A stretch of DNA of 64,000 nt from Candidatus Poribacteria bacterium. Its GTDB lineage: Bacteria; Poribacteria; WGA-4E; WGA-3G. Below, one piece after another: positions 60,323-64,000 of this stretch. The stretch covers positions 1,024,001 through 1,088,000 of the forward strand of contig CBDANF010000003.1 in the NCBI GenBank assembly GCA_965197475.1, given 5' to 3'. The first letter of the stretch is position 1. Every line of letters begins with the position of its first letter. The notes below the pieces were generated by a model. It saw only the letters and a program-made list of their open reading frames with translations. It did no database searches and was not told where the DNA came from. The position numbers were made by a program, and so were the translations under genes.

Positions 60323-61615
60323 ATGAACAAACACCAAAACTACGACACCATCATTATCGGCGGCGGACCCGCAGGAAGCACCGCTGCCACGCTAATCGCT
60401 CAGCAGGGCTACCGTGTGCTACTCTTGGAGCGTGACGCAGAACCGACCTTCAAAATCGGTGAATCGTTGATTCCTGCCACATACTGGACTTTCAAACGAC
60501 TCGGCATGCTTGACAAACTGAGAACGAGTCATTTCCCACAGAAGTTCAGTGTACAATTTTTTACACGCACGGGCAAAGCTACCACTCCATTCTACTTCTT
60601 TGAAACCAATCCACATGAAAGTGCTGTCACATGGCAGGTCCTGCGCAGCGAATTTGACCAGATGCTTTTGGACAACGCAATAGAAAAAGGGGTAGAGGTA
60701 AGACGAGGTGTTAGTGTCCGCAAAGTGATTTTTGAAGGAGATAAGGCGATAGGTGTTGCTGCACAGAACGGAAAGAATGATCATGCACAGGCAAGTAATA
60801 ACCTCGAAACAATAAACGGAAATGTCATTGTGGATTCAACTGGGCAGCGTTCTCTCATTGGGAGGCAGCTAAACCTCAATACCATAGAACCGAACCTGAA
60901 AAAGGCATCCCTCTTTACCCACTACGAAGGTGGGCATCGCGACGAAGGAATTGACGAAGGTGCTACCCTTATCATGCATACTGAGGATAAAGAGTCATGG
61001 TTTTGGTCAATACCGCTTCCATACAACCGCACCAGCATTGGCGTTGTCGGTGAGTTGGACTCCCTCCTCCAAAATCGCAGGGAACCTGATGGTAAACTCA
61101 ACGCACAAAAAATCTTCAACGAAGAATTGGAGAAATGTCAACCTTTGAAGCAACGACTTGAAGGTGCAAAGCAACTTTTTCCTATTCAGACGACAAAGGA
61201 TTTCTCGTATCGTGCGAGTCGAATCGCAGGCGATAATTGGGTGTTGATAGGCGATGCATTCGGATTTTTAGACCCTGTGTATTCAACAGGTCTGTTTTTA
61301 GCACTCAAATCAGGTGAAATGGCAGCAGATGTAATTATTGAAGCATTCCGAGAAAATGACTTTTCTGAAAAACAATTGGGAAGTTTCGGAAAAACGTTTG
61401 TTGATGGTATGGAAGCGTTTCGGAAACTTGTCTACGCTTTTTATACCAAAGAATTTAGTTTTGCGCGATTTCTATCAGAATATCCAGAGCATCTTGGCGG
61501 CATCGTTGATATTTTAAGTGGAGATGTCTACAGGCGGGACGTAACCTACATCTTTCCAGACATGTCAAAGACGTGTTATTTTCCGCCTGAGGTGCCGCTT
61601 GGGTCATCTGCGTAA
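60323..61615 (+). CDS. FAD-dependent halogenase-like oxidoreductase
   Basis: GGGPAGS, KIGESL, FPQK, WFWSIP (WxWxIP), GDAFGFLDPVYSTG. Confidence 0.8.
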   Translation: MNKHQNYDTIIIGGGPAGSTAATLIAQQGYRVLLLERDAEPTFKIGESLIPATYWTFKRLGMLDKLRTSHFPQKFSVQFFTRTGKATTPFYFFETNPHESAVTWQVLRSEFDQMLLDNAIEKGVEVRRGVSVRKVIFEGDKAIGVAAQNGKNDHAQASNNLETINGNVIVDSTGQRSLIGRQLNLNTIEPNLKKASLFTHYEGGHRDEGIDEGATLIMHTEDKESWFWSIPLPYNRTSIGVVGELDSLLQNRREPDGKLNAQKIFNEELEKCQPLKQRLEGAKQLFPIQTTKDFSYRASRIAGDNWVLIGDAFGFLDPVYSTGLFLALKSGEMAADVIIEAFRENDFSEKQLGSFGKTFVDGMEAFRKLVYAFYTKEFSFARFLSEYPEHLGGIVDILSGDVYRRDVTYIFPDMSKTCYFPPEVPLGSSA

Positions 61616-61712
61616 TTCACGCGCTCAGATTTTTATATCCGTTGGAAAAATGTAAATAAATTCATCATTCGGATTAAAGCTTTATTGGCTTTGCCTCTAT
61701 AGGAGAACATTA

Positions 61713-62759
61713 ATGAAGTTCATCACATCATATTTACCTATTTTTTGTCTCATCTTTGCCTTGAGTTTCGGAGTCGGATGCGACAATACATCAAAGAAAG
61801 ACTCTACTAATAATGAGAAAAGCGATACATCTGCCAAAACAGAGGATGAAAATGCGCGACAACGCCGCTTTATTAGTATCGGAACAGCTCGTACAGGTGG
61901 TGCTTTTGTTCCGGTTGGTAATGCAATTGCTGATGTTGTTGGGCGTAACATTACAGAAAAAGATTGGGAAGTCACCGCCACAGGCACACAAGGCACACAG
62001 CAAAACATCCGCTTACTTGTTAGTGAAGACAGCACATTGGAATTTGCTCTCGCCAATGCGGCAATTTCATATTTTGCGGTTCGCGGGGAAGGCGCGTGGA
62101 AAACCGAACATCCAATCCGCGCCGTTATGACACTTGCACCAAATGTTGCACTATTCGTCACGCCAAAATCCTCCGGTATCCGTTCAATTGCAGATTTAAA
62201 AGGAAAACGTGTCGTTGTCGGTCCTGCGGGAGCCGGTTTTGAGTATTTTCTGAAACCCATTTTAGCAGCGCACGGTGTCACGTATGATGACTTTACGCCT
62301 CTGAACGATATATACAGTGCTGCAGTGAATCTGTTAGCAGATGGTGCAGCTGCCGCGGCGTTTATCGGAGGCGCAATTCCAACCCCAGCGGTTACGCAAG
62401 CCTCCGCGACCCAAGACATTTATTTCATTCCGTTTGATGAAACCGCCAAAAAGTCTCTGGTTGAAAAGTACCCTTTCTTTAATCCTATAACTATACCCGC
62501 TGCTGCCTATAATAAAGTACTGACTGAGCCGTTTGATACCATGAATGTCGGTTCAATGCATATCATCACTGCCGAGAGCGCAGATGAAGACATGGTCTAT
62601 CATTTTACGAAGACCTTGTATACGCATCGTGCTGAAGTCGTCAAAGCACATAAAGCTGGCAAAGCGATTAATGAGAAGAATGTTGTCAGAGATGTGGGAA
62701 CGCCTTTTCATCCCGGTGCAATCCGTTTCTATCGTGAAATCAACATTTGGTCCGAATAG
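61713..62759 (+). CDS. TAXI-family TRAP solute receptor lipoprotein
   Basis: GVGC lipobox, SIGTARTGG, DLKGKRVVVG, PFHPGAIRFYRE. Confidence 0.92.
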   Translation: MKFITSYLPIFCLIFALSFGVGCDNTSKKDSTNNEKSDTSAKTEDENARQRRFISIGTARTGGAFVPVGNAIADVVGRNITEKDWEVTATGTQGTQQNIRLLVSEDSTLEFALANAAISYFAVRGEGAWKTEHPIRAVMTLAPNVALFVTPKSSGIRSIADLKGKRVVVGPAGAGFEYFLKPILAAHGVTYDDFTPLNDIYSAAVNLLADGAAAAAFIGGAIPTPAVTQASATQDIYFIPFDETAKKSLVEKYPFFNPITIPAAAYNKVLTEPFDTMNVGSMHIITAESADEDMVYHFTKTLYTHRAEVVKAHKAGKAINEKNVVRDVGTPFHPGAIRFYREINIWSE

Positions 62760-62910
62760 AAATTTCCGTGTGTGAAAATTTGTCAAAAGGTTGTTCACAT
62801 CTTCTTATTGTAGGGGCGGCGGGTCCCTGTGCCCGCCCGTTGTTTCCGCACGCGAGACATGGTGTGGGATTGCACTTGAAAACCGAAAACTGAATGCCTC
62901 TGAAAAATAT

Positions 62911-62939
62911 TTGACAGCCGTTTTATTTAATGGTATTAT
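62911..62939 (+). promoter_or_regulatory. tRNA operon promoter
   Basis: TTGACA-17-TATTAT, 10 bp before tRNA-Phe. Confidence 0.75.
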
Positions 62940-62949
62940 AATTTACCGA

Positions 62950-63022
62950 GCCGAGATAGCTCAGTCGGTAGAGCAGTAGACTGAAAATCTATGTGTCGGC
63001 AGTTCGATTCTGCCTCTCGGCA
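62950..63022 (+). tRNA. tRNA-Phe(GAA)
   Basis: Cloverleaf GCCGAGA..TAGCTCAG..CTGAAAA..GTTCGATT..TCTCGGCA; CCA not encoded. Confidence 0.97.
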
Positions 63023-63046
63023 TTCCCATCTGCAACAATTTGCTAA

Positions 63047-63118
63047 GCCGGTGTAGCTCAGTGGAAGAGCAACTGATTCGTAATCAGTAGGTCGGAGGTT
63101 CAAATCCTCTCATCGGCT
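63047..63118 (+). tRNA. tRNA-Thr(CGT)
   Basis: GCCGGTG..ACTGA-TTCGTAA-TCAGT..GGTTCAAATCC..CATCGGCT; CCA not encoded. Confidence 0.97.
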
Positions 63119-63299
63119 TCTCTCTTTTCCAGCACGATTCGTTTCAACTCTTCAAATTAATTCTAATCGCGCCATGTATACAACATACCTTATCCTTTTA
63201 TGAAATCCCAAAATATATGAACATCTTTTGTAGGCATGCTTTGAAACCGCGCTACCGCAGCGTATAAGTAATTACGGTTTTCTATTAGGAGGAAATTCA

Positions 63300-63746
63300 A
63301 TGATTAGTATAACAGCCTTAAGACCTGCTTTAAATGCGATCATCCCGCATTTACCTAAAGCAGCAGGTATAACGTTAACCCGTACCTTACCGTTTTTACC
63401 TTTAGCGTTGGAAATTGCTAAAGTGTTATATCAGCATCGTGAAAAAATAGGGAAGATCGTGAGTCATCTTGCTTTGCATACTTCAAAAGGCATCAAAAAG
63501 GGAACAGCAGAAGTAGTAAAAACAGTACCATATCTGCCAAAAAAGGTAGGGCGGAAACTACAACGTTATCTGCAATATTTGCCTTTAGCACTTGAGATTG
63601 CTAAGGAATCATACAAAAAGAATAATAAAAAGGTTTGTTCGATTACAAAACAGTTCCCGAATGAAGTTAAACAGAAAATTAATAGGACATTGAAAAGAGA
63701 TCAATGTCCATGTTGCTTAAATCTTTTTAGCAGATTCCAGCGTTAG
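63300..63746 (+). CDS. Basic hypothetical protein with internal duplication
   Basis: AGGAGG RBS; PHLPK..LPFLPLALEIAK and PYLPK..LQYLPLALEIAK. Confidence 0.65.
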   Translation: MISITALRPALNAIIPHLPKAAGITLTRTLPFLPLALEIAKVLYQHREKIGKIVSHLALHTSKGIKKGTAEVVKTVPYLPKKVGRKLQRYLQYLPLALEIAKESYKKNNKKVCSITKQFPNEVKQKINRTLKRDQCPCCLNLFSRFQR

Positions 63747-63768
63747 CGATATCGATCTATTGGTGAGG

Positions 63769-63890
63769 CAGAGCCATTCAATTCTCCAGTAGTTGCAACC
63801 TTCTGCTCAAGGTCCCTCCTCTGTAGGAGTGACCTCCCGTCGCGACTTTACGATTAAAACGCACAAAAAACCGAAAACTGAATGGCTCTG
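63769..63890. mobile_element. 122-bp MITE with 10-bp target-site duplication
   Basis: TIRs cagagccattcaattctc / gaaaactgaatggctctg (16/18); attggtgagg at 63759-63768 and 63891-63900; internal GTAG-REP. Confidence 0.85.
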
Positions 63891-64000
63891 ATTGGTGAGG
63901 TAATCTGTGATGCAACTTTTTTGCTGCGGCACTTGTATAATCTCTGTCACCGCCATCAAAGTGTCAGGGAACTTCCCATCATTCCAATTCTTCGTTTTCT

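Noticed and set aside
61697-62419. 240-aa minus-strand ORF
   Set aside because: Antisense shadow of the TAXI receptor gene.
63901-64000. Possible 3' end of a minus-strand gene
   Set aside because: Too little sequence to fix the frame or identity.

Overview
Bacterial chromosomal window, probably Candidatus Poribacteria. This is inferred from a LamG protein ending in the AVEARGKLTTTWGRLK-type tail and from the intergenic repeat style. From the left: a truncated Swt1/HEPN-DUF499 ATPase and proA; a 12-kb minus-strand iron/heme cluster (porin, imelysin, di-heme oxidoreductase, TonB receptor, DUF4856-like lipoprotein, GT-C-like membrane protein, FAD oxidoreductase, IsdG-like monooxygenase, ferritin-like protein) with four Fur-type boxes; tyrS; and an aroF-leuA operon preceded by an unannotated 49-codon Leu+aromatic leader peptide with a complete attenuator. 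Then an orphan Dam-like MTase, pepA, a selenocysteine formate dehydrogenase alpha subunit (split in the ORF track), BMP and TRAP transport genes, two tandem LarA-family genes (one broken), pyrG, kdsB and an SSS transporter. On the right: a LolA-like/YidD/TPR trio, a secreted PEP/pyruvate-binding-domain protein, an intact IS5/ISL2-group element, and a Fe-ADH/PQQ-propeller/HemN-like/PaaK-like/halogenase-like run interrupted by toxin-antitoxin debris and a UvrD(delta2B)-RuvC-TPR fusion, followed by a TAXI receptor, tRNA-Phe and tRNA-Thr. Several MITE/REP families occur between genes. Three single-base frameshifts may be assembly errors. Family calls come from recognising motifs by eye; no database searches were run.
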